A DNA stretch of 64,000 bases from Octopus vulgaris (Eukaryota): the NCBI GenBank assembly GCA_951406725.2, contig OX597821.1, positions 89,466,001 to 89,530,000 on the forward strand, written 5' to 3'. Below the pieces are notes generated by a model that was not told where the DNA came from, made no database searches, and worked only from the letters and a program-made list of their open reading frames with translations. The position numbers and the translations under genes are program-made. The stretch's first letter is position 1. Every line of letters begins with the position of its first letter. This document shows positions 49,275 through 63,376 of the stretch, piece after piece.

Positions 49275-49766
49275 TACATACATACATACTTACATACTTA
49301 CATACATGCATACATACTTACATACATACATACATACATACGTACATTCATACATGCATATCTAGTCCATTAATCAATGAAACATGTCCAACCTTTTGAT
49401 CTCTCCAAATTTCTCTTGATGAATCAATGATAGATCCATACACAGGTCTGGATATCTATGAAAGAAGCCCTCTAGTCAACGGTCTTTAGTTATCATCAGC
49501 TTTTTTATGTCAGTGTTTCTGATTTTCGTTTCTTTACAATATCTATACACATGTATTTGTTTATCTGTTTTTGTACACGCTCACAGACACTCACAGACTT
49601 ACAGACATATATGAATACATGGTTTATTTATTTACATATATATTTTATATACATACTTGCATATATATATCTGTGTGTGTGTGTATGTGTGCATACACGC
49701 ATATGTTATATGTATGTGAGTGTATGTATATATACATACATATTTATGTATATGTGTTTATATATA

Positions 49767-49800
<34 letters not shown>

Positions 49801-49846
49801 TAGATAGACAGACAGATAGATAGATAGATAGATAGATATATATATA

Positions 49847-49943
<97 letters not shown>

Positions 49944-50859
49944 CATATATATATGTATTGTGTACTGTTCTGCGATGTATATATTTGAGTGCCTGATGGT
50001 GTGACTAAATGTAATATACATACGTTTCTTTGTATGAGTGATCATATCTATATATCTATATATTGACACATGCAAATATACACGCATATTTTTTGCATGA
50101 ATGCATATACATTTACATGCTTTCCTTAATCAAAGAATGCTACAACGGTAATATTGTCTGTACATACACACGCAAGCACATACATCTACCCCTATGCGCA
50201 AACACTTAATCATGTATATGTACTAACTTGACTTATTGCATGTGTAAGATATGTAAAGATGCACATACAGACACATAGATGCACTTACACATAGTTATAC
50301 ACATACATACATACATACATACATACGTACATACATACATACATACAAACATACTGTTTGTCTGTCAGTCCATTTTTCTTTAGCTTAGTGTATACAGATG
50401 TGTTCATATGTATGTGTGTACATCATATTCATGTTGCTTTTGATATTAACATATACAAAACAATTTAGCATTTTGCGCATCTATGTTTGTACATGAGGTT
50501 AAAAACTCACGCAAATACAGACACACACACACACACACATCTGCAGATACATACTAATAAATCATGATTGCACACACGTACAAATAAATCATCGTCATCA
50601 CTCGCACACATGCACACCTACACAAATACACTCTATGATTAAGAAATTTGGACAGTGATGCACTGACAATATCTGTTACAGTCCATATGATGTTTATTTC
50701 AGTGAAAGTTCTCTTCAGCTGAATCATGTCTCAACTTGTAGATGTTGATGTATGCAGCCATTATTTACAGATAGCCATGTCATATAACTTGTGAACTGAA
50801 GTGTTGGCAGTTCAGAATTCGTTGCCGCCATTGGTAAATAAAAGAGGGAAGCAATCCTA

Positions 50860-51320
50860 TGTGGTAGTAGAATCGTTAGCATGCTGGGGCAAAATGTTTA
50901 GCAGTATTTCATCTGCCATTATGTTCTGAGTTCAAATTCCTCTGAGGTTGACCTTGCCTTTCATCCTTTTGGGTTTGATTAAATAAGTACCTATTTCTTT
51001 ATTGCCCACAAGGGGCCACACACAGAGGGGACAAACAAGGACAGACATAGGTATTAAGTCGATTACATCGACCCCAGTGCGTAACTGGTACTTGATTTAT
51101 CGACCCCGAAAGGATGAAAGGCAAAGTCGACCTCGGCGGAATTTGAACTCACAATGTAACGGCAGACGAAATACCGCTAAGCATTTCGCCCGGCGTGCTA
51201 ACGTTTCTGCAAGCTCACCGCCTTGATTAAATAAGTACCAGTTATGCACTGGGGCAGATGTAGCCAACTTAATCCCTTTGTCTCTCCTTGTTTATTCCCC
51301 TGTTAGCAATAAAGAAAGAA
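50860..51320. mobile_element. Nested SINE B: young minus copy (50992-51222) inserted in an older plus copy
   Basis: TSD TTGATTAAATAAGTACC at 50975-50991 and 51223-51239; the host halves join seamlessly. Confidence 0.9.
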
Positions 51321-51417
51321 ATCCTTTGTTGGGGTTCAAAATACTTGAAATAACAGTGAAATCTCCCTCGAATCACAATCTACTGCATTGAAAGAAGGGA
51401 ATACATTGGACAACATT

Positions 51418-51580
51418 TTTGGGTACAGCTCGCATTCTAAGAAGAGTATTGTCTGTTTGAGTCACAGGAGCAGGCCCTACTTGAAACCTTTGGTGATTTG
51501 TTATTGCCTGCTTTCAAGTAAAGAATAACCAGTAATTAAGAACTATCCACGAGTCTTCCAGAATAACAACAACAATAATG
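51418..51580 (+). mobile_element. R4/Dong-like LINE extreme 3' end
   Basis: LGTARILRRVLSV* followed by a short UTR and an AAC/AAT tail. Confidence 0.65.
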
Positions 51581-51599
51581 ATGATGATAAAGGTAATCA

Positions 51600-51955
51600 T
51601 CATCATCATCAGCATCATCGTTTAACGTCCGTTTTCCGCACTAGCATGGGTTGGACGGTTCGACCGGGGTCTGGGAAGCCAGGGGCAGCACCAGGCTCCA
51701 GTCTGATCTGGCAGTGTTTCTACGGCTGGATGCCCTTCCTAACGCCAACCACTCCACAAGTGTAGTGGGTGCTTTTTACGTGCCACCTGCACAGGTGCCA
51801 TGGGGGGGGGGGGTCTGGCATCGGCCACGATTGGCTGGTGCTTTTAACATGCCACCGGCATGGAAGCCAGCCAAGGTGGTGCTGGCATCGGCCACGTTCG
51901 GATGGTGCTTTTTATGTGCCACCGGCACAGAAGCCAGTCGAGGTGGCGCTGGCCT
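51600..51955 (-). mobile_element. Family C with about 3 internal sub-repeats
   Basis: Core plus GGTGCTTTT..(C/T)GTGCCACC(G/T)GCA units. Confidence 0.85.
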
Positions 51956-52039
51956 AGGTTTCAGGAAGGCATTCAGCAAGAAATGGAAACTGAATTGAAA
52001 GAAAATGCTAATGAAAATAATAATAAAAATAACGATAAG

Positions 52040-52271
52040 TTCAAATTCTGGCACAAGGCCAGTAGTTTTGGGAGTGAATTACATCACCCCCTGTGTTCAA
52101 CTGGTACTTATTTCATCAGCCCCAAAAGAATGAAAGGCAAAGTTAACCTCAGCTGAATTTGAACTGAGAATCTAATGACAGATGAAATACTGCCAACCAT
52201 TTTGTCCAGCATGGTAATGATTCTGCCAGCTCACTGCCTTAATAATAATAATAATAATAATAACAATGATA

Positions 52272-52318
<47 letters not shown>

Positions 52319-52338
52319 GGTGATGGTGATGGTGGTGG

Positions 52339-52435
<97 letters not shown>

Positions 52436-52443
52436 GGTGGTGG

Positions 52444-52489
<46 letters not shown>

Positions 52490-52888
52490 GGTGGTGGTGG
52501 TGATGATGATGATGGTGATGGTGGTGATGATGATGGTGGTGATGGTGGTGATGGTGGTGATGGTGGTGATGGTGGTGATGGTGGTGATGGTGATGATGGT
52601 GATGATGGTGATGATGATGATGGTGATGATGGTGATGATGGTGATGATGGTAATGATGGTGATGATGATGATGATCTTTCTACTAAAGGCAAAAGGCTAG
52701 GAATTTCTGGGGCAGGTACTAGTCGATTACATTGACCACAATGTTTCACTGGTACTTAATTTATCGACCCATAAAAGGATGAAAGGCAAAGTTGACCTCA
52801 GCGGAATTTGAACTCAGAATGTAGCGACTGACGAAATACCTTTAAGCATTTCGTCCAACATGCAAATTATTCTGCATGCTCGCCACCT
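52040..52888 (-). mobile_element. Two SINE B copies (about 52040-52240 and 52677-52888) separated by a (GAT/GGT)n array (52260-52675)
   Basis: GGATGAAAGGCAAAGTTGACCTCAGCGGAATTTGAACTCAG matches family B. Confidence 0.8.
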
Positions 52889-52911
52889 TAATAATAATAG
52901 TAATTATAATA

Positions 52912-52943
<32 letters not shown>

Positions 52944-52946
52944 AAA

Positions 52947-53006
<60 letters not shown>

Positions 53007-53017
53007 GATAATAATAG

Positions 53018-53300
53018 TGGTCAATGAAGCTATTAGATGGGATACCAATAGTAATTGATGCACTTAGAAGTATCAGAACTCAAGTACCAGCATAACTGAA
53101 AAAGATTGGTGCAAGTGTGAAAGTAGAACATCTACAAAAATTGGCATTGCTTGGAACTACAAGAATTCTTTGCAGGGTTCTTGAAGCATGACCAGTAAAA
53201 CAAGTGTCACCTTAGTCTGCTGGCTGTGGACTGCTAACACTTTCCATCAAACCCAGCAAAATAAGTTGTGAGTGTCCATATAATAATAATAATAATAATG
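53018..53300 (+). mobile_element. R4/Dong-clade LINE 3' end inserted in (TAA)n
   Basis: IPIVIDAL...LKKIG...HLQKLALLGTTRILCRVLEA* resembles VPIVIGALG...QKxALLGTARILRxVL; (TAA)n on both sides. Confidence 0.8.
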
Positions 53301-53862
53301 ATATTATGATAACAGTAACTTGACTGAAGAGACAGCAAGGTGGGCCCGTATAATTTTCTTCCTCTTTTCCAGAATTTTGGATTTCTTTCACTCACTTGTA
53401 TCCCATTTCTGTCTCTCTGTTGCTCTCCTTTGAATCTCATTTTCTTGATTCTCTGACCATATTATCTCTTATACACTTCTTGTATCTTGGTAGTGCACAA
53501 CCACTTCATCACTGCCATCTTTGCCTTCTTTCCAGCTTCTCTCATCCACTCCTATATAAGGCAAGGTAGCCATGTATCTCCTCCGTAACATATCACCTTT
53601 TCCTGTCCTATCATATTTTAGCCACTTTATAAAGTCACCTGTCTATTTGCTACAAACCCATTCAGTTGAGGGACCCTTTTTTTTTGTCTTGCAAGTTACT
53701 AAGTGACCTCATGAGCACCTAGTTTACTCTATGCAGGGGCTGGTACTAGGAAGGGTACCCAGCTGCAGAAACCATGCTAAAGCAAACACTAGAGCTTGAT
53801 GCAGTCCTCCAGCTTATTGAATCTATGCCAGCATAGATGATGTACATTAAACGATGATGGTG

Positions 53863-53903
<41 letters not shown>

Positions 53904-54129
53904 CTACAAACACTTATATTCACACACATATACATGTATATATGTTGGTTTGTGTGTAGGTGTGTGTTAATTCATACCATTCTATTTCAAAGTGTAATGT
54001 TTCCCACTGTTTTTATTATCATCACCAAAAATCACTGGCTACTGTACAAACAGGAATTCATTCCCAATTAGACTTGTCAGTTTTTAGAATTTATAGAAAC
54101 TTGTGCAATCAAGTCTGAAGCTCTTGAGT

Positions 54130-55030
54130 TATCTCAGTCTGGTCTGGAGGAAGATGCCATGGAAAATTCCAAAGCCAATGAACAGCAGTAAATTCAGGGA
54201 AGTACTACTTGAAGCATTTGACAGGTAAGTGAAGACGGAAACTTACAACATGGAGAGAAAAGAAGTAAAAGTTTCTATAAGAAAACTTGCTGAGGGTAAA
54301 GTCTGATGGTTGGGGCAAGCTCTCACCAGATGAAAGATAGACTTGGTGGTGGAATAGTTCTGTAGACACAACCATAAAGGCCTGGAAAGACTAAAAGAAT
54401 GAAGGCTGCAGAGAAGAATACAAAGTAACTAGAAGAGATGCTCGATGCGCAGGAGTGGCTGTGTGGTAAGTAGCTTGCTTACGAACCACATGGTTTCGGG
54501 TTCAGTCCCACTGCGTGGCACCTTGGGTAAGTGTCTTCTACTATAGCCTCGGGCCGACCAAAGCCTTGTGAGTGGATTTGGTAGACGAAAACTGAAAAAA
54601 GCTCGTCGTATATATGTATATATATGTGTGTATGTGTGTGTTTGTGTGTCTGTGTTTGTCCCCCCCCCCCAAATCGCTTGACAACCGATGCTGGTGTGTT
54701 TATATCCCCGTTACTTAGCGGTTCGGCAAAAAGAGACTGATAATATAAGTACTAGGCTTACAAAGAATAAGTCCTGGGGTCGATTTGATCGACTAAAAGG
54801 TGGTGCTCCAGCATGGCCTCAGTCACATGACTGAAACAAGTAAAAGAGTAAAAGAGTAAAGAGTATTAGATGTACTTAGCAAGAAGAAATGGAAAAAAAG
54901 GAATGAAGATCAGAGGAATGTGATATTTTGGATTGCTAGAGACGATTGAGGCATGATTTGGGAGACGTGTTGAAAATTATAATAGTCCTCTTGCTCTTGT
55001 AAATGCTGAAAAATGTCAAGACGTTGTGCT
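54130..55030 (+). mobile_element. Old RTE LINE fossil (EN-RT linker), interrupted by SINE A
   Basis: KFREVLLEAFD...TWWWNSSVD...YLAR...DQRNVIFWIAR; the WWWN motif is typical of RTE ORFs. Confidence 0.6.
54447..54865 (+). mobile_element. SINE family A, full length
   Basis: Match to family A. Confidence 0.92.
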
Positions 55031-55064
55031 GGAGAAGGCCAGATCACCTGTATCATCATCCTCA

Positions 55065-55455
55065 TCATCATCATCATCGTTTAACGTCCATTTTCCACGC
55101 TAGCACAGGTTGGACGGTTCAACCGGGGTCTGGGAAGCCAGGGACTGCACCAGGCTCCAGTCTGATCTGGCAGAGTTTCTACAGCTGGATGCCCTTCCTA
55201 ACGCCAACCACTCCGTGAGTGTGGTGGGTGCTTTTTACGTGCCACCTGCACAGGTGCCAGGGCAGTCTGGCATCGGCCTTTTAACATTGGGTCTTTTAAC
55301 ATGCCACCGACATGGAAGCCAGCCAAGGCGGCGCTGGCAACGGCCACGTTTGGATGGTGCTTTTTATGTGCCACCGGCATAGAAGCCAGTCGGGGCGGCG
55401 CTGATATTGGCCACGTTCGGATAGTGCTTTTTATGTGCTACCGGCACAGGAGCCA
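55065..55455 (-). mobile_element. Family C with about 4 internal sub-repeats
   Basis: Highly similar to 51600-51955. Confidence 0.85.
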
Positions 55456-55872
55456 TAACAAAATTTTCATTAAAATGGGAGTAGTGATGGAGACCATTGG
55501 CTTTAATATAAATCTACATCCAGGCCCTTCACCACAGACTTGCTAAGTCTTCTGATGTTACTAGCTCTCCTACCTATAAGATGCCCTCACATCACTCCAT
55601 CACTCGACGACTGTCCTACTCCAAGTACAATGCTGTCTTTGAAATGAGAGATAACTTTCGTTTTCTCCATTCTTAGCTTCTACTTAATACCATCTGTTTT
55701 TCTCTAATATTTGTCTTTCCTTATAATACCAAAGTTACAAAGAATTGTGTGACATCTGTTTGTAGACGATACACCTCTCCATTTCCTTCATAACAGAGCA
55801 AATATGATGTATATTTTTTGGTTGGTGTTGATGATCCTCCCTCTCTTCATTTTGACATTGTACCCATTTTGA

Positions 55873-56273
55873 CAGGAGTGGCTGTGTGGTAAGTAGCTTG
55901 CTAATTAACCACATGGTTCCGGGTTCAGTCCCACTGCGTGGCATCTTGGGCAAGTGTCTTCTGCTATAGCCCCGGGCCGACCAATGCCTTGTGAGTGGAT
56001 TTGGTAGACGGAAACTGAAAGAAGCCTGTCGTATATATGTATATATATATAAGTATGTGTGCATATGTTTGTGTGTCTGTGTTTGTCTCCCTAGCATTGC
56101 TTGACAACCGATGCTGGTGTGTTTACGTCCCCGTCACTTAGCGGTTCGGCAAAAGAGACTGATAGAATAAGTACTGGGCTTACAAAGAATAAGTCCCGGG
56201 GTCGATTTGCTCGACTAAAAGCGGTGCTCCAGCATGGCTGCAGTCAAATGACTGAAACAAGTAAAAGAGTAGA
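55873..56273 (+). mobile_element. SINE family A, young full-length copy
   Basis: Match to family A. Confidence 0.92.
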
Positions 56274-56328
56274 GTATGTACATATGCATCTATCTATCTG
56301 TCTGCCTGCCTGCCTGTCTGTCTGTCTG

Positions 56329-56388
<60 letters not shown>

Positions 56389-56798
56389 GACAGATACATA
56401 TATATGTACCTACATGTACATATGCATATACGTATACATCCGCTATGTAAGTTACATATATCATATCATAGCTTAATACTGTGTGGGCTGAGATCCCTTT
56501 TGACAGGTCCCTGATATTAAACAATTCTCAACACTTACCATATGCATATTAATAGCTCCAGTTTTCTATAGCTACTGAAATTGTTGAGTATATAAACAGA
56601 CTGGCAGATTGTTTCTCTGGGATTGGTTAATTGATGTAGACACTTCTGTTGAGAATCCAATATGATTCAAAATTCAATTAAGGCCACTCATCATTTGTTT
56701 TTTCAGTCTATGGAGAAATAGCTACATTCGTCCTCTTCATAAATTTACTACATACGTTACATATATACAAGTACATATATAGTTATATCTATAACTAA

Positions 56799-57195
56799 TA
56801 GGCGCAGGGGTGGCTGTGTGGTAAGTAGCTTGCTAACCAACCACATGGTTCCGGGTTCAGTCCCACTGCGTGGCACCTTGGGCAAGTGTCTTCTACTATA
56901 GCCCCGGGCCGACCAATGCCTTGTGAGTGGATTTGGTAGACAGAAACTGAAAGAAGCCTGTTGTATATATGTATATATATATATGTGTATGTGTGTGTGT
57001 TTGTCCCCTAGCATTGCTTGACAACCGATGGTGGTGTGTTTATGTCCTCGTCACTTAGCGGTTCGACAAAAGAGACCGATAGAATAAGTACTGGGCTTAG
57101 AAAAGAATAAGTCCCAGGGTCGAGTTGCTCGATTAAAGGCGGTGCTCCAGCATGGCCACAGTCAAATGACTGAAACAAGTAAAAGAGTAAAGAGT
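56799..57195 (+). mobile_element. SINE family A, full length
   Basis: Match to family A. Confidence 0.92.
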
Positions 57196-58021
57196 ATATC
57201 TTCTTTAAGTAAGATAGGGGTTATGAAAGTAACCCACTATAGGATAGGCTGAAACAGCTATAAGGAGCACTTTATTTGTATTATTTTTATTTTTATTATA
57301 ATACATATTGATGTATATTGTTTTTTTCGATTTTGATGTTCCCATTTGTATAATTAATAAGTAATGTGAAATTGTAATATCCGTAAGTTGATAATCGAAA
57401 TGAATTTGTTTCTCCATTTTCTTATATATATATGTATTCATACACATTTATATATCTGCATGTTTGTATACATGTAAGGAAATCCTGCATTCAGTCACAC
57501 TGTGTAGTATTTTAGACAAATGTAATTCTTGACATCTTCCATTAGACCCATAATTTGCAAGTGTGATATTGAACAGAATGAAAGAATGGAGGAGTTCAGG
57601 GATGGCTTTTACCTGTAAATCGAAGGTACAGCCTTGATATATGCTGTGTCACACTGATTTTGCCTGAGAATTATATTAAGCACACATGTGTTTCTGGAAT
57701 GCTCAGCCACTTACATAATAATTCAATGAGCTGATAATTCCGCTGATCAAACAACTGAATCCTCATCTTTGAAACCAATGGATGTTCATCCGCATAGTAA
57801 GAGCATATACACACAAACAGTAATAGACAGACATACACACACAAACACATACATTCATACACACACATACACAAACATGCATGCACACACATGGACAGAT
57901 CACACTTTGGTTTGACAAATGAAGATTCCAGTTATTGAAATAATGGAAGTATTTATTCATTGTATTATAGTGTGAGTGAGCACCTCCTTGATATTTGTAT
58001 CATTAATATAACCATATATGG

Positions 58022-58056
<35 letters not shown>

Positions 58057-58058
<2 letters not shown>

Positions 58059-58462
58059 CAGGAGTGGCTGTGTGGTAAGTAGCTTGCTTACCAGCCACAT
58101 GGTTCTGGGTTCAGTCCCACTGTGTGGCACCTTGGGCAAGTGTCTTCAGACAAAGCCATCTGAATGGAATGGAAACTGAAAGAAGCCCATTGTACATGTG
58201 TGTGTTTATTTGTGTGTGTGTGTGTGTCTGTGTGTGTGCATGTGTGTGCATTTGTGTGTCTGTGTTTGTCCCTCCATCATCGCTTGACAACCAAAATGCT
58301 AGTGTGTTTCCATCCCTGTAACTTGGCAGTTCAGCAAAAGAGACTAATAGAATAAGTACTAGGCTTGCAAAGAATAAGTCCTGGGGTCGAGTTGTTCAGC
58401 TAAAAGTTGGTGCTCCAGCATGGCTGCAGTCAAATAACTGAAACAAATGAGAGAATAAAAGA
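58057..58462 (+). mobile_element. SINE family A with an internal deletion
   Basis: Match to family A. Confidence 0.85.
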
Positions 58463-58472
58463 ATACTTATAC

Positions 58473-58505
<33 letters not shown>

Positions 58506-58538
58506 CATATATATACATATATATATACATATATATAC

Positions 58539-58591
<53 letters not shown>

Positions 58592-60108
58592 CAATGGTTT
58601 TTGTTGAGCAGTGTTGACTTTTACAATTCTGTAAATAATAAAAATAGTATTTTATAAGCTTAAAGATTATAAGTGATTACCATGCAACGACTTAAGAAAG
58701 TAGTCTAATATATATGTGCATACACAAATATATATATATATATATGATCATGTGCATGTATTTAGATATCATATGGACACAAAAGTATAAGCAAGCATTC
58801 AAACATACATACTTAGATTTACAGAGAAATATACACACATACACAGTTTTATATACTCACACACCTACTCATATTTATATGCAAAGAGATTCATAAAGAC
58901 AGCAGTTTTTTTTTGTTTCTTTTTTGTTTCTTTTTTCAGTATAAAATAAACAATTAAGATGAAATCATTTTGATCCAGCACACTTCTAATCAGAAAAATT
59001 CAATTCCTCTCTCCTTTCTGTACTTTGCCACCTTTTTGGATCTTCTGTGTAGATTGTGTAAAGGTTTTTTCTATTGTTTGTCTATAAATTAAGGCATCTT
59101 AATTAGTGTGGTATCGTTTCTGTTACTGCTGTTTATATTCTTTATCTTCAGAAAAGTGTTTTACTTGTGTGTTTACATATGTGTTAGTAATATTAGTAGA
59201 CAAAAGCAAAAACGAAATCATGACATGTTCGTGATGTTTGCTTTATTGTTGGTAAAATTTCAAAGAGGTAAAATTTCTGATATAGAGGTGAAAAGGGATA
59301 GGAAGAGAGTAAATAGATGAAACAAAAGACAATTAAAGGAAAGAAGAAAATGATGAGGAAATAGAGGAGGGAGACATTATTCAAAAAGAAAGCTGAGAAT
59401 GTAATGTGTGTGGGAGGAAAGAGAGAGAGAGAGAGAAATACGTTGATGATAAGATGGCAGGAGAAGACAAAGACAGTGAAATGGAAGTCTCATATAATAT
59501 GTATAAAGAAAGAAGTGAACTGAGAAAATGGACAACATATTGGAGAAATTACAGTGGACATAGAGAAGTGGACAATACGAATGGCAAGAGAAATAAAAGA
59601 AAGGAAGGAAAAAGATAGGAGGTGGGGAAAACACTGAAAACTAACTAATGGATAAAAGCAGACGACAGGGAAATGGAAAAAAAAACTGAAGACAACAGAG
59701 ATGTTTGGGACAGAAGCGATCAGAAAACTGTATAAGACTATTCAAACAAAAGGTCTATCGAAGTAAATATTTACTGTGATTGCTGTCTGAATACTGTAAT
59801 CTGGTTCTTCTATTAACCAAAGTTTTACAATTGTTTCATCTCTGAAGAGAGATTCATTGATAAAACAATGTTTAACTGGGATAATGCCTGTTTCTCTTCG
59901 ATTCTTGTTTCCTTTCTAGTGCTAATTTGTCTGGATTACGAGATGTCCATTGTTCCTTCAATCACAGGTTTCTGTTACATAACACAAGTTAAACTGCATT
60001 GAACTATGTAAATATTGCAGTCAGTCACAGTTGGTTGAAAGAGAAGACTAAATTTCTACATGCATAAACCATATCACTGATTATCTCCATGCCTTCATAA
60101 GATATAGT

Positions 60109-60152
<44 letters not shown>

Positions 60153-60345
60153 ATGCATGTATGCATATTTCTATATATATGTGCATGCATATGTATCTAT
60201 GAGTATGTGTGTGTATACATGTATATATGTGTGTGTATATATATCTGTGTGTGTGTATGTATATATGTTTGTGTATCTATTTACATACGTATGTATGCAT
60301 GTATAAATATGTATATATATATACATCTCTCTGTGTGTATTTGTG

Positions 60346-60382
<37 letters not shown>

Positions 60383-60387
60383 GTGTG

Positions 60388-60477
<90 letters not shown>

Positions 60478-61486
60478 TGTATGTATGTATGTATGTATGG
60501 ATGGATGGATGGATGGATGGATGGATGGATATAGATATTAAAGGTATATATATATTTAGAATCGAATCACTCATAATATGTCACTAAGGCAATGGAGTGG
60601 CAGAAATGACAGAACTGAAAACTAAATGATTTACAGTATTTAGTTCCATCCTTATGAGTTCTGGGTTCAAATCCCATTGGAGTTATCTTCGTCTTTCATC
60701 TTTCCATAACTAGTAAGCATGTTCAAGGGGGTGAATTTAATTGACAACAATCCTTCTACATTACAAAATTTATGGCCTTTCAAGCCAGTTTCAGAAATCA
60801 TTATTATTAGACAGGGACTTTGATTCCACTTGAGGGATTTTGATGCACAAAGCAGATCAAGCATCATAAAAGGATGTATATAGACGATCGGAATTTAAAA
60901 GTTGAGGTAATTCAAAATCAGTGTGGTATACAATTGATTAGGATGTAGTAATCAGTCTGTAGTTGACCTTACAACAGACATTTTGACATTTCTCCTTTAA
61001 ACTAAACACATTTCTTTACATATCACATATTAATACATTTAAAGATATTTCTAAACAACAACAACAATAACAATAATACTTGCCATTTTCTTGGCTTGTA
61101 ACATAATATAAGCAACATTGTAATATAGTATAAGGTTACAAAGGTTGGAGAAAATTTAATCTGTGATCTAGGTAAAATTGTCAATCACACCTTTTTCTTG
61201 CATCATTGCATTTGTTGTTATTTAACACTTGATTGAGAAACTCGATGACGACGATGATTATCGTCATCATGTCATCATCATCGTTTTAATGTCATTATTT
61301 TGATGTCTGCCTGTCCATCAACGCAGTGGTCAGAGGGGGTTCATTGAGGCAGAATTTCTACAGCTACTTTCTATTTCACAAACACAAATACACACATAGA
61401 TATATAAAATTTAGACTTATATACATACATATATATGTATATTTATACATATATGTACATATATATACATATATATATATATATGT

Positions 61487-61519
<33 letters not shown>

Positions 61520-61907
61520 CATATATATACATATATATAAACATATATATATATGTACATATATATATATATATATAGAGAGAGAGAGGTTATGATAGGT
61601 AATGGTGTCAGTTAGACCCAAAGGTGTCAGGTAATGCTGTGTAAGTGCTATGGATAGACTGTAGTTAAGCTCCAGGTTCGGTGATTATGGATTTTACTCA
61701 CAGGATATTGCAATCTTATATGTATACCATTCTGTCTAAATAATGGATCTACAAATGCAATATCCCTGCAAATCTCACATCTATTTTCATTCCTCCACTT
61801 CACTCTCTATTTCGTATCGTATCTAAATTAACTATTGCTTAACCATTTTCTCACACCTAATTATTATTCCAATATGTCTGGGATTTATATATATATACAT
61901 ATATATA

Positions 61908-62215
61908 TCATCATCATTTAACGTCCGCTTTCCATGCTAGCATGGGTTGGATGATTTGACTGAGGTCTGGCGAACCAGACTCCAATCTGATCTGGCAGAG
62001 TTTCTACAGCTGGATGCCCTTCCTAACGCCAAACACTCCGAGAATGTAGTGGGTGCTTTTACATGCCACCGGCACGAGGGCCTGTTTGGTGGTACTAGCA
62101 ATGGCCACGCCCAAATGGTGCTTTTTACATACACAGGAGCCAGTCCAGCGGCACTGGCAACGACCTTGCTTGAATGTTTCACATGCCACCAGCACCAAGT
62201 GCTAGTAAGGCAACG

Positions 62216-62218
<3 letters not shown>
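61908..62218 (-). mobile_element. Family C copy
   Basis: Reverse-complement match to about 36000-36250. Confidence 0.85.
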
Positions 62219-62290
<72 letters not shown>

Positions 62291-62314
62291 CACATACATA
62301 CATACATACATACA

Positions 62315-62345
<31 letters not shown>

Positions 62346-62369
62346 TGTGCCTCTCCATACACTGAGAGG

Positions 62370-62527
62370 CATAAAACAAAATAGACAAAATGAATGGATT
62401 TCTGGGTGTTGCTACAATTGTTTCATCATAATATGATTATTTAGGTTTATACTTACATCAAAATAAAATCTCCTAACGAAACAATTGTTGCAACACTCAG
62501 AAATCCATTCGTTTATTTTGCTTTATG
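62370..62527. repeat. Long inverted repeat (MITE-like or hairpin)
   Basis: AAATGAATGGATTTCTGGGTGTTGCTACAATTGTTTC (62388-62424) versus GAAACAATTGTTGCAACACTCAGAAATCCATTCGTTT (62478-62514), 3 mismatches in 37 bp. Confidence 0.85.
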
Positions 62528-63289
62528 TGTGTGTGCATGTGTGTGTGTGTGTGTGTGTGTAGATAGATAGTTATAGAAACATATTTTCATTTTCATTTCT
62601 AGTAATTCATATGCAAATACTTAAAATCTGTTAAAGCATTCATGCATAACATGCCATCTAAACAGATATAGAACAGATGAAGACATAAAAATATTCAGAC
62701 AAGGAAAATTTGTCCATAACTCGCGTCATAATTTCAAACCCCAGTGTCTTTATAATGTCAGAAATATATTGGAATGAAATAAGTGTTTCAGTGTTTATTT
62801 CTCCATGATCAATTTTTCATAAAAGGCACCCATCACGGCAGTAATGAAAACAAGTAGTATATCTCCTCATATCAAGAGCCATTGTTGTGAGATCTTTATA
62901 GGACTTGGTGACAGGCGAATCACAAAGATATGGGATATATGTATATTACACAATGACTCAGAATGTGGATATCTCTGTGTACATTTTGCACTTGTGTGTC
63001 AAAGTAGTGCGAACATATCTGTGTATAAGAAAGAGAGGATGTGTGTCAATGTGAAGAGGTAGGAAGGAAGAAAGAAAGAAATGGTAAGAGTATGTGTGTA
63101 TGGTTATGTAAATGTGAGCTGTCAATGTTTATTATGATAGCATGTCTTCATATATATTAATATATATATATATATACATGTACATGTACATATGTACATA
63201 TATGTATATATATGCATATATATATATACCCATACACACACACATATATATATTTACATTTATACATATACATATATGTACATATATGT

Positions 63290-63376
<87 letters not shown>

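Noticed and set aside
50703-50833. Possible exon (TTTCAG acceptor, GTAAAT donor)
   Set aside because: Stops in all three frames and no other support
54097-54224. Host exon with a strong CAG|GTAAGT donor
   Set aside because: The open frame (KFREVLLEAFD) continues into the RTE motif TWWWN, so it is better explained as a LINE fossil; exonisation cannot be shown from sequence alone
55560-55860. Possible Tc1 transposase fossil (minus strand)
   Set aside because: Only a vague GVMxxA-like resemblance; too degraded to support
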